DNA from: Dehalococcoidales bacterium
GTDB lineage: Bacteria > Chloroflexota > Dehalococcoidia > Dehalococcoidales > RBG-16-60-22
Reading direction: 5' to 3'
Assembly: GCA_034430755.1 (NCBI GenBank)
Contig: DAOUDY010000003.1
Coordinates: forward strand, 1-42,146
Length of the DNA: 42,146 nt
Part shown: one piece after another, positions 1 through 9,031 of the stretch
How the letters are laid out: each line of letters opens with the position of its first letter
Numbering within the stretch: the first letter of the stretch is position 1
The notes under the pieces: model-generated
What the model was told of the DNA's origin: nothing
Databases searched by the model: none
The model's input: the letters and a program-made list of their open reading frames with translations, nothing else
Translations under genes and position numbers: made by a program

Positions 1-232
1 GGGAATAATCTCCTTTCCTCGGGGTACTGAGATGTTTCACTTCCCCCGCTTACCTCCACCCAGCCTATGTGTTCAGCTGGGGGTGCTCAGGTTTTACCTG
101 AGCGGGTTGCCCCATTCGGGAATCCCCGGCTAAGCTTGCTCGACAGCTCACCGGGGCTTATCGCAGCCTTGCTACGCCCTTCATCGGCCCTTGATGCCAA
201 GGCATCCACCGTATGCCCTTACCCGCTTGACC
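1..232 (-). rRNA. rrl: 23S rRNA, 5' ~230 nt (gene runs off the left edge)
   Basis: Reverse complement of 1-232 reads GGTCAAGCGGGTAAGGGCATACGGTGGATGCCTTGGCA ... GGGGAAGTGAAACATCTCAGTACCCCGAGGAAAGGAGA. This is the conserved 5' domain of bacterial 23S rRNA. Confidence 0.9.
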
Positions 233-379
233 TGCTTCAGATTTAATATTAGACCCGTATTCAATTTTTAAGGTGCGAAGCACAATGTAAGGCGGCTTGG
301 TGACGAGCACCAAGCCGCCTGCTTGGTTCTCCTTCACCAGTAAGCCGGACTATTTGTACAGCATCATCATTGCCCTATA

Positions 380-409
380 ATAATACTACTCTCCCATTAT
401 CTTTGTCAA
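380..409 (-). promoter_or_regulatory. Putative sigma70-type promoter for the 23S rRNA transcript
   Basis: On the minus strand, TTGACA (404-409) is followed by an 18-nt spacer and TATTAT (380-385). It lies ~150 nt upstream of the mature 23S 5' end. Confidence 0.35.
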
Positions 410-459
410 TACCGAAAAATCACTATTTTACACGCTTTTTCCTTTTACCAGGCCGATTG

Positions 460-468
460 TGCTATAAT
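460..468 (+). promoter_or_regulatory. Extended -10 element (TGCTATAAT) upstream of argS
   Basis: TGcTATAAT lies ~70 nt upstream of the argS ATG. No good -35 was seen. Confidence 0.35.
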
Positions 469-539
469 TCGAGCGTAGCTCAGCAAATTGAATGCGGCAT
501 CTTGAATTTTACGGCTAAAAATAAATAAATTAAAGGTTA

Positions 540-2195
540 ATGCTGAAACACAAACTGGCCGAACTGCTAACTCAGGCACTCCTTGAAGAACAGAAGTCAG
601 GCAAGCTTCCCACAGTTACTCTGCCTGAGGTCATTATGGAGCACCCGCAGAACCCGGAGCACGGCGACTACGCCTCAAGTGTTTCCCTGAAACTGGCGCG
701 TGCAACCGGTATTAACCCTTTGACCATCGCCACCGATTGCGCCGACCGCATCGCCGCTCCCGAGATTGAGCGTGTTGACGTGGCACCGCCAGGCTTCATT
801 AATTTCACCCTGAGCGCCCAATGGCTGGCCGGGCAGGTAAATTCAATTCTGGAGGCCGGCGAATCGTACGGCAATATCGAAATTGGCCATGGCCGGAGAG
901 TTCAGCTCGAGTTTGTCAGCGTTAACCCCACCGGACCGCTGCACGTGGGACACGGGCGCGGCGCAATTCTGGGCAGCACGCTGGCCAATGCCCTGGCTGC
1001 CGCCGGCTACCGGGTGGAGAAAGAATACTACATCAATGACGCCGGCAACCAGGTTGCCGCCTTTCACCGCTCCCTTTACGCCCGCTACCGGCAACGCCTG
1101 GAAAAAGAAGCCGAAATGCCCGAAGACGGCTACTTCGGCCAGTACATGGTTGACCTGGCCGGGGAGATAGCCGAGCAGAGAGGCGATGAATTCCTCAACC
1201 TCCCCGAAACAGAGGCGATCGAGAAGCTGGGACAGGTCGGTCTGGACAGAATGATCGGTGAAATCAGGGCTGACCTCGAGCGGTTGGGCGTGACCTTTGA
1301 TGTCTGGTTCAGCGAGCGGAGCCTTTATAAAAACGGCCAGTATGACGAGGTCATTTCGCTCCTTAAAAAGGGAGGCTACATCAGTGAAAAGGAAGGGGCC
1401 ACCTGGTTTGTCTCCACGGCACTGGGCGAGGATAAAGACAACGTGGTGATACGCAGCGACGGCTCCCCCACCTACTTCGCCACCGATATTGCCTACCACT
1501 ATGACAAGTTCCTGAAGCGCAAGTTTGATACCGTCATCAATATCTGGGGCGCCGACCATATGGGGCACGTCTCACGGATGAAAGCCGTTGTCGGCGCGCT
1601 GGGTATTGACCCGGAGCAGCTCAGGGTTATCATCTCGCAGATGGTCACGCTGCGCCGTGGCGGCGAGATAGTGCGCGTCTCGAAACGCAGCGGCGATATC
1701 ATCACCCTGCGCGAACTTGTCGAGGAGGTGGGCGCCGATGTCTGCCGCTTCTTCTTCCTGTCCCGCTCCGCGGATAGCCAGATGGACTTCGACCTGGAGC
1801 TGGCCAAAAAGCAGTCGGCGGATAACCCGGTCTACTACGTACAGTACGCCCATGCCCGCATTGCCAGCATCCTGCGCCTGGCGCAGGAAAGAGGCATTGA
1901 CTACCGAGACGGAGACCTGTCGCTGCTGACCACGGAGCCGGAGCTCACCCTCATCCGCAGGATGCTCCTGCTGCCCGAGCTTGTGGAAACGATTGCAACC
2001 ACCCTGGAGCCCCACCACCTCACCTACTATGCACAGGACCTGGCCACCGTCTTCCACAGCTTCTATATGCAGTGCCGGGTGGTTTCAAAGGACGAAGCGC
2101 TCACCAGGGCACGACTGAAACTGGTTGAGGCGGCCAAGATTGTTCTCAGCCGCACGTTGCACCTCATGGGGATGACGGCACCGGAGCGGATGTAA
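540..2195 (+). CDS. argS: Arginine--tRNA ligase
   Basis: 551 aa. Class I HIGH-type motif ([12 protein letters not shown]), a KMSKS-like motif (RVSKRSG), and the typical ArgRS C-terminal anticodon-binding region ending in ...M. Confidence 0.95.
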   Translation: MLKHKLAELLTQALLEEQKSGKLPTVTLPEVIMEHPQNPEHGDYASSVSLKLARATGINPLTIATDCADRIAAPEIERVDVAPPGFINFTLSAQWLAGQVNSILEAGESYGNIEIGHGRRVQLEFVSVNPTGPLHVGHGRGAILGSTLANALAAAGYRVEKEYYINDAGNQVAAFHRSLYARYRQRLEKEAEMPEDGYFGQYMVDLAGEIAEQRGDEFLNLPETEAIEKLGQVGLDRMIGEIRADLERLGVTFDVWFSERSLYKNGQYDEVISLLKKGGYISEKEGATWFVSTALGEDKDNVVIRSDGSPTYFATDIAYHYDKFLKRKFDTVINIWGADHMGHVSRMKAVVGALGIDPEQLRVIISQMVTLRRGGEIVRVSKRSGDIITLRELVEEVGADVCRFFFLSRSADSQMDFDLELAKKQSADNPVYYVQYAHARIASILRLAQERGIDYRDGDLSLLTTEPELTLIRRMLLLPELVETIATTLEPHHLTYYAQDLATVFHSFYMQCRVVSKDEALTRARLKLVEAAKIVLSRTLHLMGMTAPERM

Positions 2196-2263
2196 GGTAG
2201 ACCGGCTACTCCTCTTTATTCGCTACCTGTTTCCTCGCCCTTCCGCCAGCGAAGCCCCTCTGA

Positions 2264-2731
2264 CTAGATTACCCTGTCCTCCCGTTTCGCCTTGGCATCC
2301 AGCATCATGCCAACCGCCACGCCGATGCCAATGCCGATTGGTATGCCGGCACCGACACTGTCCATCCCCGCCCCGATGGCCACCCCGATGCCGGTGCCAA
2401 TGGAGGTCCAGATACCAACATAATGCCCCTTGGGCACCAGTTTATGCTGGCTCTGCAGGTGCCTGACGGTCTGTTTGAGCCGCTTGGCGTACTGTTTCCG
2501 CCGCACGTTATCGGCCAGGTGAACCATGTTGCCCAGTTCATTGACATATGAGGTGATTTCCTGCTGGAAGAGCTGGCATTCGCCGCATTCGTCGTAGAAT
2601 TCAGCCACTCTTCTGGTCACCCGTATAAGCAGGTCGAGCTGATATTTTTTACGTTCCTTTTTGCTAAGGCTGCTCTGGTAGGAGCTGATTTTCTCGGCGG
2701 TTTCTCTGTGCCAGCGATTCTGGATTTCCAT
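2264..2731 (-). CDS. Hypothetical protein, soluble N-terminal domain (CGEC motif) plus C-terminal glycine-zipper membrane segment
   Basis: 155-aa ORF. The C-terminus reads GIWTSIGTGIGVAIGAGMDSVGAGIPIGIGIGVAVG. I recognise no family. Confidence 0.55.
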   Translation of the reverse strand: MEIQNRWHRETAEKISSYQSSLSKKERKKYQLDLLIRVTRRVAEFYDECGECQLFQQEITSYVNELGNMVHLADNVRRKQYAKRLKQTVRHLQSQHKLVPKGHYVGIWTSIGTGIGVAIGAGMDSVGAGIPIGIGIGVAVGMMLDAKAKREDRVI

Positions 2732-2757
2732 AATTTAATTTCCAGAGTATTATAAGG

Positions 2758-2835
2758 TAACCCTCCCCCTTTATCCCCCTCCCTATGATTAGGGAGGGGG
2801 AGATATTGGCAAGAGGGGCAAAGCCCCTCTTTAAC
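2758..2835. repeat. Intergenic double-hairpin repeat, copy A (C-rich/G-rich 10-bp stem 2775-2800 plus AGAGGGGC-aaa-GCCCCTCT 2812-2830)
   Basis: It has the same order of parts and similar sequence as 27376-27450. See findings. Confidence 0.5.
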
Positions 2836-2845
2836 TCTCAAAAGT

Positions 2846-3397
2846 TCACGAGTCCAATATATGGCAAATAGTAAATGCCCATATAACAATCACAAGAACA
2901 GGCATAAACTTAGTGTGGAAGCGACGTGGAGACGTGAAGAAGTGTTTAAACCATTCACGACAAGGACCCCACCCCCAAAAAGTAGCTCGGCATCCCCCTT
3001 TCAGCCTTTTAGCACATGATGAACCATAAATCTCTGTGATGCATCTCGCTTTTACTTTGAAACCTTCTACTTCTGCAAGTGCTTCATCTTCAGGGATGTC
3101 TTGCCAGAGGGCACGCAAAACTGCAGAATATACGTCTACACACTTCCCCCTCCGATAAAAAATGTACATGAACTCGAATGCCACTGCTATTCCCAGCCCA
3201 GCAATTATAATGTTGACACAAAGAGGCAACTTCATACTAAATACAGACGCAAAAAACAACGCCTCAAGGCCAATAAAAATTACTATATAGGTAATCAACA
3301 GGGTATCTTCGTGAGCTACACCCTGTTGGCAAATTTGAACTTTTTCAGCCCAGCTGAGCCGTTGCCACTCGCTATCTTCGCTACTACTTGTCATCAC
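2846..3397 (-). CDS. Hypothetical integral membrane protein
   Basis: 183-aa ORF with two to three hydrophobic helices (LLITYIVIFIGLEALFFASVF, VNIIIAGLGIAVAFEFMYIF). No recognisable family. Confidence 0.5.
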   Translation of the reverse strand: MMTSSSEDSEWQRLSWAEKVQICQQGVAHEDTLLITYIVIFIGLEALFFASVFSMKLPLCVNIIIAGLGIAVAFEFMYIFYRRGKCVDVYSAVLRALWQDIPEDEALAEVEGFKVKARCITEIYGSSCAKRLKGGCRATFWGWGPCREWFKHFFTSPRRFHTKFMPVLVIVIWAFTICHILDS

Positions 3398-3404
3398 ACT
3401 ACCC

Positions 3405-4865
3405 CTAAATATTTGGTCTTCTCTTGTGCCAGTCGGTGGACTGCTCGTAGGCGTGGGCGACTTTTAGAATCGTCTCTTCGCCGAAAGGTTTGCCAATTAT
3501 CTGCATGCCGATGGGCAGGCCATCGGCAAAGCCGGCCGGAATGGAAATCGCGGGCAGGCCGGCGATGTTTATGGGCAGGGTGCAGACGTCGCTTAAGTAC
3601 ATCTGGAGCGGGTCGTCCACCTTCTCCCCTATCTTGAAGGGGACGGTGGGGGAGGTGGGGGTTACCAGAGCATCATATTTCTCAAATGCCCCGTCGAATT
3701 CACGCCGTATCAGCGTCCTGACCTTCTGCGCTTTCAGGTAGTAGGCGTCATAGTAGCCGGCCGACAGCGCATACGTGCCGAGCATGATGCGCCTTTTGAC
3801 CTCGGCGCCGAAGCCGAACTGGCGGGTCTTCTCCAGTGACTCCCACATGCTCGGTGCCTGGTAGGAAAAGCCGTACTTGACGCCGTCATAGCGGGCCAGG
3901 TTGGCGGATGCCTCCGAGGGGGCAATAATATAGTAAACGGCGAGGGCGTAGGGGGTGTGGGGCAGCGATACCTCCCAGTCAACCTCCGCCCCCAGCACCT
4001 CAAGCTGATTGATTGCCGCCTTGATAGCGGTCTCCACCTCCGCCTGCATCCCCTCCACAAAATACTCCCTGGGGATGCCGATTCGAATGCCTTTGAGGTC
4101 GGCATTCAGACACTGCGTGTAGTCCGTCACCGCCTGGGGCACCGAGGTGGAATCACGGCGGTCGTAGCCGGCGATGGCGTTCATGACCAGCGCGCAGTCA
4201 GTGACATCATGGGTGAGCGGGCCTATCTGGTCGAGAGAGCTGGCGAAGGCCACCAGACCGTAACGGCTGACCCGGCCATAGGTCGGTTTAAGGCCAGTGA
4301 CGCTGCAAAAACCGGCTGGCTGCCTGATACTACCGCCGGTATCCGAGCCCAGCGCATAGACGGTCTCCCCAGAGGCAACCCCGGCCGCCGAGCCACCGCT
4401 GCTGCCGCCGGGAACCCGGCTCAGGTCCCAGGGATTACGGGTAGGGAAAAAGGCCGAGTTCTCCGTTGATGAGCCCATGGCAAACTCGTCCATGTTCGCC
4501 TTGCCGATAATCACGGCGTTACAGGCCTTTAGCTTCTCCACCACGGCGGCGTCATAAGGTGGCACCAGGTTCTCCAGTATCCTGGAGGAACAGGTGGTCC
4601 TGACCCCCTTGGTGCAGATAACATCTTTAATCAGGACCGGAATGCCCGCCAGCGGACTGACACCGTCATGCGCCAGCAGACGGTCGGCGTCTTCCGCCTG
4701 CTGCAACGCCAGCTCATCGGTTACGGTAACGAAAGCCTGAATCCGGGGGTCTACTCTGTGGATACGTTCGAGATACGCCCGGGTCAGCTCCACCGATGAG
4801 AGCTGCCGGCTCTTGAGCAATTCACAGGCTTCATGAATGGTTAACCCGGTAAGACTGTCTGGCAA
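3405..4865 (-). CDS. gatA: Glutamyl-tRNA(Gln)/aspartyl-tRNA(Asn) amidotransferase subunit A
   Basis: 486 aa. Amidase signature (GGSSGGSAA...[12 protein letters not shown]), with gatC immediately upstream. Confidence 0.95.
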   Translation of the reverse strand: MPDSLTGLTIHEACELLKSRQLSSVELTRAYLERIHRVDPRIQAFVTVTDELALQQAEDADRLLAHDGVSPLAGIPVLIKDVICTKGVRTTCSSRILENLVPPYDAAVVEKLKACNAVIIGKANMDEFAMGSSTENSAFFPTRNPWDLSRVPGGSSGGSAAGVASGETVYALGSDTGGSIRQPAGFCSVTGLKPTYGRVSRYGLVAFASSLDQIGPLTHDVTDCALVMNAIAGYDRRDSTSVPQAVTDYTQCLNADLKGIRIGIPREYFVEGMQAEVETAIKAAINQLEVLGAEVDWEVSLPHTPYALAVYYIIAPSEASANLARYDGVKYGFSYQAPSMWESLEKTRQFGFGAEVKRRIMLGTYALSAGYYDAYYLKAQKVRTLIRREFDGAFEKYDALVTPTSPTVPFKIGEKVDDPLQMYLSDVCTLPINIAGLPAISIPAGFADGLPIGMQIIGKPFGEETILKVAHAYEQSTDWHKRRPNI

Positions 4866-4888
4866 AGCTCTCTCTCCCGACAGTTATA

Positions 4889-5176
4889 TCACTCCAGCAC
4901 GGCGCGGACGCGAAAACAGTCCCCTTCCCGGCGGGGTGCGTTGGCCAGAATATCCTCCGGAGGAAGGGACGGGGCTACCTCATCATCCCGCATCACACTC
5001 TGAAGCGTCACCGACTGGGCGGTGGGCGGGACATCCGTGGTGTCGACCTGCCGCAGGATTTCAAAGTTCTCCAGAATATTGGATAGCTGCTCCCGGAACC
5101 TGTCGACGTCCTCGTCGGTAAGCCCCAGGCGGGCAAGGCGGGCGATATGCAGCACTTCTTCACGACTCAGCTTCAT
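4889..5176 (-). CDS. gatC: Glu/Asp-tRNA amidotransferase subunit C
   Basis: I take the start at the internal ATG (MKLSREEVLHIARLARLGLTDEDV...). That gives ~95 aa, the GatC length and N-terminal motif. The longer track ORF (to 5311) adds an unlikely hydrophobic leader. Confidence 0.85.
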   Translation of the reverse strand: MKLSREEVLHIARLARLGLTDEDVDRFREQLSNILENFEILRQVDTTDVPPTAQSVTLQSVMRDDEVAPSLPPEDILANAPRREGDCFRVRAVLE

Positions 5177-5325
5177 TGATGAACTCCGGGTTAAATTTAA
5201 TCGGCCAATTATACCACTCACACTCGATTTCCCGCAAATAAGCCGGAACGGTCGTATTTTCCCGCTAAAGGCTATATAATTGAAGAGATGATAGAACCCT
5301 AACCTGATCAAGGAGGATAACGTAG

Positions 5326-5859
5326 ATGCCCGAGCGGATAATGATATTTATTGACGGGAGCAACATGTACCACTCCCTGAAAAACGTTTACGGGAGGACT
5401 GACCTTGACATCGACAAGTTCTGCCACAAGCTCCTGGGCCGCCGCCAGTTAATCCGGATTTACTACTACAATGCCAGGGTGGGCAAGAAAGAGGAGCCAG
5501 AGCGTTACCGGCACCAGCAGGCGTTTTTCGCCGGGGTAAATGCCATACCGTACCTCGAATTGCGCCTCGGCCGACTGGTCTATTTCAACTGGCCGAATGT
5601 GCCGCCATACGAGAAAGGCACCGACGTTCAGCTTACCACGGATATGCTGACACACAGCTTCAAGGATAATTATGACGTGGCGATTCTGGTTGCCGGTGAT
5701 AATGATTACTTCGGGGCCCTTCAGGCAGTCAAGGATAACGGCAAGCACGTTGAGGTAGCTCTGTTCGGGAAAAGGGGCTCCTCCTGGCAGTTGCGCAGTG
5801 TGGCCGATAGAGTGATAAACATAAACTCGCGGTCTTTGAGTGGCTGCTGGAAATCATAA
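5326..5859 (+). CDS. NYN-domain (LabA/DUF88-like) putative ribonuclease
   Basis: 177 aa. IFIDGSNMYH near the N-terminus and AILVAGDNDY, typical acidic motifs of PIN-like NYN/LabA proteins. Confidence 0.75.
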   Translation: MPERIMIFIDGSNMYHSLKNVYGRTDLDIDKFCHKLLGRRQLIRIYYYNARVGKKEEPERYRHQQAFFAGVNAIPYLELRLGRLVYFNWPNVPPYEKGTDVQLTTDMLTHSFKDNYDVAILVAGDNDYFGALQAVKDNGKHVEVALFGKRGSSWQLRSVADRVININSRSLSGCWKS

Positions 5860-5865
5860 TATGGC

Positions 5866-7455
5866 ATGAACCGGCACGGAGGTAACAGAGCCAAGGGGTT
5901 GGAAATCGGTCTCCGGGAACGCCTTGCCCGGGAAGCAGGCACAGTTATCAAAGACTGGGGCGGCAGATTACCTGTCGCCCTTGTTTACCCCAACAGCTAC
6001 TATGTGGGCATGTCCAACCTGGGGCTGCACGCACTCTACTCCCTGCTCAACGGACGCCGCAACATCGTATGCGAGCGGGTTTTCTGGGAGAGAGAAAACC
6101 AGGAAAGAAAAATCCCCCCATTATCGCTGGAATCAAGACGCCCGTTATCAGCTTTCAAAATAGTGGCTTTCACCGTCTCCTACGAGGTTGACTACTTCAA
6201 CATCGTGTCCGTGCTCAAAGCCAGCGGCATCCCGACATTCTCCGCCGACCGTGATGAAAGCCACCCGCTGATTATCGCTGGCGGGCCCTGCATCACCGCC
6301 AACCCCATGCCGCTGGCCCCATTCTTCGACGGCCTCGGCATCGGGGAGGCGGAAAAACTGCTGCCCCGTATGCTGCCGCCGATAATCGATAATGTAAATG
6401 GGAAACGCGAGGAGCTGCTCAGGTCGCTGTTTCCCGTACCCGGCATGTATGTTCCGCAGATGCCGCCGGCGACTCCCATAATGCGTCAGTGGGCAGAAAA
6501 CCTTGATGAATTTCCGGTCGGTTCGGTCATAATGACAAGAGATACCGAGCTGGGCGGCCTGTACCTGATTGAGGTGGAGCGGGGCTGCCCGCGGCGCTGC
6601 CGATTCTGCCTGGTCAGCACCGCCTTCAAACCGATGCGCTTTCGCTCGGTCGGCACCCTGCTGGCACAGGCAGAGGAAGGCCTTCGCCACCACAAGCGAA
6701 TAGGGCTGGTGGGCCCGGCCGTCTCCGATTATCCTTACCTTGAGGAACTGCTGGCCGGCCTCAACCAGATGGGGGCGCAGTTCTCCATGAGCTCAATGCG
6801 CGCCGGCGGAATCTCGGAAAAAATTACCGCCCAGATCGCTGGCGGGGGCGCACGGACGCTCACCCTTGCCCCCGAGGCTGGCTCGGAACGCCTGCGCCGG
6901 GCGATAAACAAGGGTATCGGCAAAGACGATATCATTGACGCCGTCGAAAAGATTGCCAGACACGGCACGAAACAGCTCAAGCTCTATTTCATGGTCGGCC
7001 TGCCCACGGAGACCGACGAGGACATAGAAGAGATCATCAGGCTCGCTCTCCAGTGCAAGAGCATCCTTGACCGACACTCAAAAGGCGCCCGCCTTTCACT
7101 CAACATCGCCCCGTTTGTGCCCAAGGCTGGTACGCCGTTTCAGCGCCTGCCCATGGCCCCGGCGGCGACACTGAAACAACGGATTATTCGCTTAAAGGGC
7201 AAACTGGCACCGGAGGGCATCCAGCTCAAGTGTGAGAGCCCGGCGTGGAGCCAGGTCCAGGCAGTGCTCGCCCGCGGTGATGAAAGCATCGCCCAGGTTT
7301 TGAATAATATAGAGGATAACTCGCTGGCCGGCTGGCGGAAGGCCGCGGCCAGATGCCATCTGGATACTGACTACTATGCTCACCAGGAGTGGCCGGCAAG
7401 CCAGAGACTGCCCTGGGCTATAATAGATACCGAACTCAACAGGACACCGGAATAA
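5866..7455 (+). CDS. Radical SAM protein with N-terminal B12-binding-like domain (uncharacterised TIGR03960-like family)
   Basis: 529 aa. CxxxCxxC cluster motif (CPRRCRFC) and N-terminal LVYPNSYYVGMSNLGLHALYSLLN. It starts 7 nt after the NYN gene. Confidence 0.8.
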   Translation: MNRHGGNRAKGLEIGLRERLAREAGTVIKDWGGRLPVALVYPNSYYVGMSNLGLHALYSLLNGRRNIVCERVFWERENQERKIPPLSLESRRPLSAFKIVAFTVSYEVDYFNIVSVLKASGIPTFSADRDESHPLIIAGGPCITANPMPLAPFFDGLGIGEAEKLLPRMLPPIIDNVNGKREELLRSLFPVPGMYVPQMPPATPIMRQWAENLDEFPVGSVIMTRDTELGGLYLIEVERGCPRRCRFCLVSTAFKPMRFRSVGTLLAQAEEGLRHHKRIGLVGPAVSDYPYLEELLAGLNQMGAQFSMSSMRAGGISEKITAQIAGGGARTLTLAPEAGSERLRRAINKGIGKDDIIDAVEKIARHGTKQLKLYFMVGLPTETDEDIEEIIRLALQCKSILDRHSKGARLSLNIAPFVPKAGTPFQRLPMAPAATLKQRIIRLKGKLAPEGIQLKCESPAWSQVQAVLARGDESIAQVLNNIEDNSLAGWRKAAARCHLDTDYYAHQEWPASQRLPWAIIDTELNRTPE

Positions 7456-7603
7456 AAAATTTGCGGGAAATTTGCGGAATATGATAATATATTATCTGAG
7501 CACAAGGGACCAACCTTAAACTCCGTTATCCCTCTTTTTATTTTTCGCTATCATTAACTGCGTCTAAACGTGCGCAGTTTGGCAATAGAAAGGAGCAGGA
7601 GTT

Positions 7604-8209
7604 TTGGCACAAGACAAGTCTGCACTCACGGAAACCCTGGTAAAAATCCAGGACACCACGGCCAACCCGGCACCTCTTGGCCTGATGGGTTTCGGGATGA
7701 CAACGGTTCTCCTGAACCTGCACAATGCCGGGCTTTATTCTCTCGGCACCATGATACTGGCCATGGGTATATTTTACGGCGGAATCGCTCAGGTTCTCGC
7801 CGCCATCATGGAGTTTAAAAAGAACAATACCTTCGGCACCACCGCCTTCGGCTCTTTCGGCCTTTTCTGGTTCACCCTGGCGTTCCTCATTATTATGCCC
7901 GCCATGGGATGGGGCACTGCGCCAGAAACCCCGGCCATGGTCTCTTACCTGGTGATGTGGGGCATCTTCACCGGCGTCATGTTTATCGGGACACTGAAGC
8001 TAAATCGGGCGCTTCAGGTCGTCTTCGCCTCGCTGACCATACTGTTCTTCCTGCTGGCGATCGGAGACGGCACCGGCAGCGTGGTCGTAACCAGAATTGC
8101 CGGCATCGAGGGCATTTTCTGCGGCCTGTCGGCGATATATGCCGCGCTGGCTCAGGTACTGAACGGGGTTTACGGGAAAACCGTCCTGTCGCTGGGTCCG
8201 GTGAAGTAG
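7604..8209 (+). CDS. GPR1/FUN34/YaaH (SatP) family acetate/succinate channel
   Basis: 201 aa. The family signature [21 protein letters not shown] and six hydrophobic helices. A TTG start follows AGGAGCAGGA. Confidence 0.85.
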   Translation: MAQDKSALTETLVKIQDTTANPAPLGLMGFGMTTVLLNLHNAGLYSLGTMILAMGIFYGGIAQVLAAIMEFKKNNTFGTTAFGSFGLFWFTLAFLIIMPAMGWGTAPETPAMVSYLVMWGIFTGVMFIGTLKLNRALQVVFASLTILFFLLAIGDGTGSVVVTRIAGIEGIFCGLSAIYAALAQVLNGVYGKTVLSLGPVK

Positions 8210-8263
8210 CCTGTTGCAAAAGTTAAGTCAGGAGAAAAGGTGGGTGCAAAAGTCAGTTCTAAG

Positions 8264-9028
8264 CTATGACTGCTGCACCCACCTGACTGCATTCTGGAAA
8301 ATCGGAAAGCCGTCACCGTACTGCTTTGCACCCAGCCTGGTCCACTGCGGGTGCTGGATGCCCCTGATGTGTCGCTCGGGGTGGGGCATCAGGGCAAAGA
8401 TACGCCCCGACGCATCACAGATGCCGGCAATATTGTCCACAGAGCCATTGGGGTTTCGGGGATACCCGACCCCGATGTCGCCCCGCTCATCAGCGTAACG
8501 AACGACGACGTTTATACCAGGCAAAATCTCTGGAGCGGCCACGAATTTGCCCTCGCCATGCGCCACCGGAATATACATGTGCTCCATTCCTTTGGTGAAA
8601 ACGCAGGGGCTCTCCCTGCTTACCGCCAGATGAACCCACCGGCACTCGAATTTGCCCGAATCATTGGTCGTCAATGTTACCCGCGGCTGGCGGCCATTGC
8701 CCGGCTCAGGCAGAAAACCGGCTTTGACCAGTACCTGAAAGCCGTTGCAGATGCCCAGAATGAGCCCTCCGGCTTCAAAAAAGCGCGTGATGTCCTCTCC
8801 CAGCTTGAGCTTCAGCTCGTTGGCCAGCACCTTGCCGGCGGCGATATCGTCGCCGTAGGTAAAGCCGCCGGGAATGACCAGTATCTGGTAGTCAGCCAGC
8901 CGCCGTTCACGGCGAATAAGCTGGTTGACGTGAACTAAGTCCACCGTTGCACCGGCCTGCTCAAAGGCAAAGACGGTCTCAACATCGCAGTTTGTGCCCG
9001 GAGCTCGCAGTACGATTGTTTTAACCAT
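8264..9028 (-). CDS. purQ: Phosphoribosylformylglycinamidine synthase, glutaminase subunit
   Basis: 254 aa. Class I amidotransferase nucleophile elbow GICNGFQ and a C-terminal HPER motif. It lies directly downstream of purL. Confidence 0.9.
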   Translation of the reverse strand: MVKTIVLRAPGTNCDVETVFAFEQAGATVDLVHVNQLIRRERRLADYQILVIPGGFTYGDDIAAGKVLANELKLKLGEDITRFFEAGGLILGICNGFQVLVKAGFLPEPGNGRQPRVTLTTNDSGKFECRWVHLAVSRESPCVFTKGMEHMYIPVAHGEGKFVAAPEILPGINVVVRYADERGDIGVGYPRNPNGSVDNIAGICDASGRIFALMPHPERHIRGIQHPQWTRLGAKQYGDGFPIFQNAVRWVQQS

Positions 9029-9031
9029 CCA

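Noticed and set aside
470-540. tRNA-like string GCGTAGCTCAGC, and a possible T-box leader in front of argS.
   Set aside because: Only a D-arm-like fragment is present. There is no acceptor stem, no anticodon arm and no GTTCGAAT T-arm. The leader (~70 nt from the -10 box) is far too short for a T-box, and it lacks the conserved T-box sequence.
843-1568. Long antisense ORFs in the track. Examples: 843-1568(-), 1572-2057(-), 3957-4469(+), 6148-6693(-), 8351-8938(+), 10628-11227(+), 14964-15569(-), 23197-23700(-), 30032-30979(+), 32075-32659(-), 34604-35266(-), 39747-40112(-).
   Set aside because: Each lies wholly inside, and opposite to or out of frame with, a gene that has clear family motifs. 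Their translations are Arg/Ala/Pro/Gly-rich and low-complexity, as expected for shadow ORFs in GC-rich coding DNA. None has an RBS or a recognisable domain.
8229-8275. Long imperfect hairpin (AGGTGGGTGCA...TGCACCCACCT) after the SatP-family gene, considered as a terminator.
   Set aside because: The right arm lies inside the purQ coding sequence and no U-tract follows. It may still help terminate convergent transcription, but the evidence is not strong enough to call it a feature.
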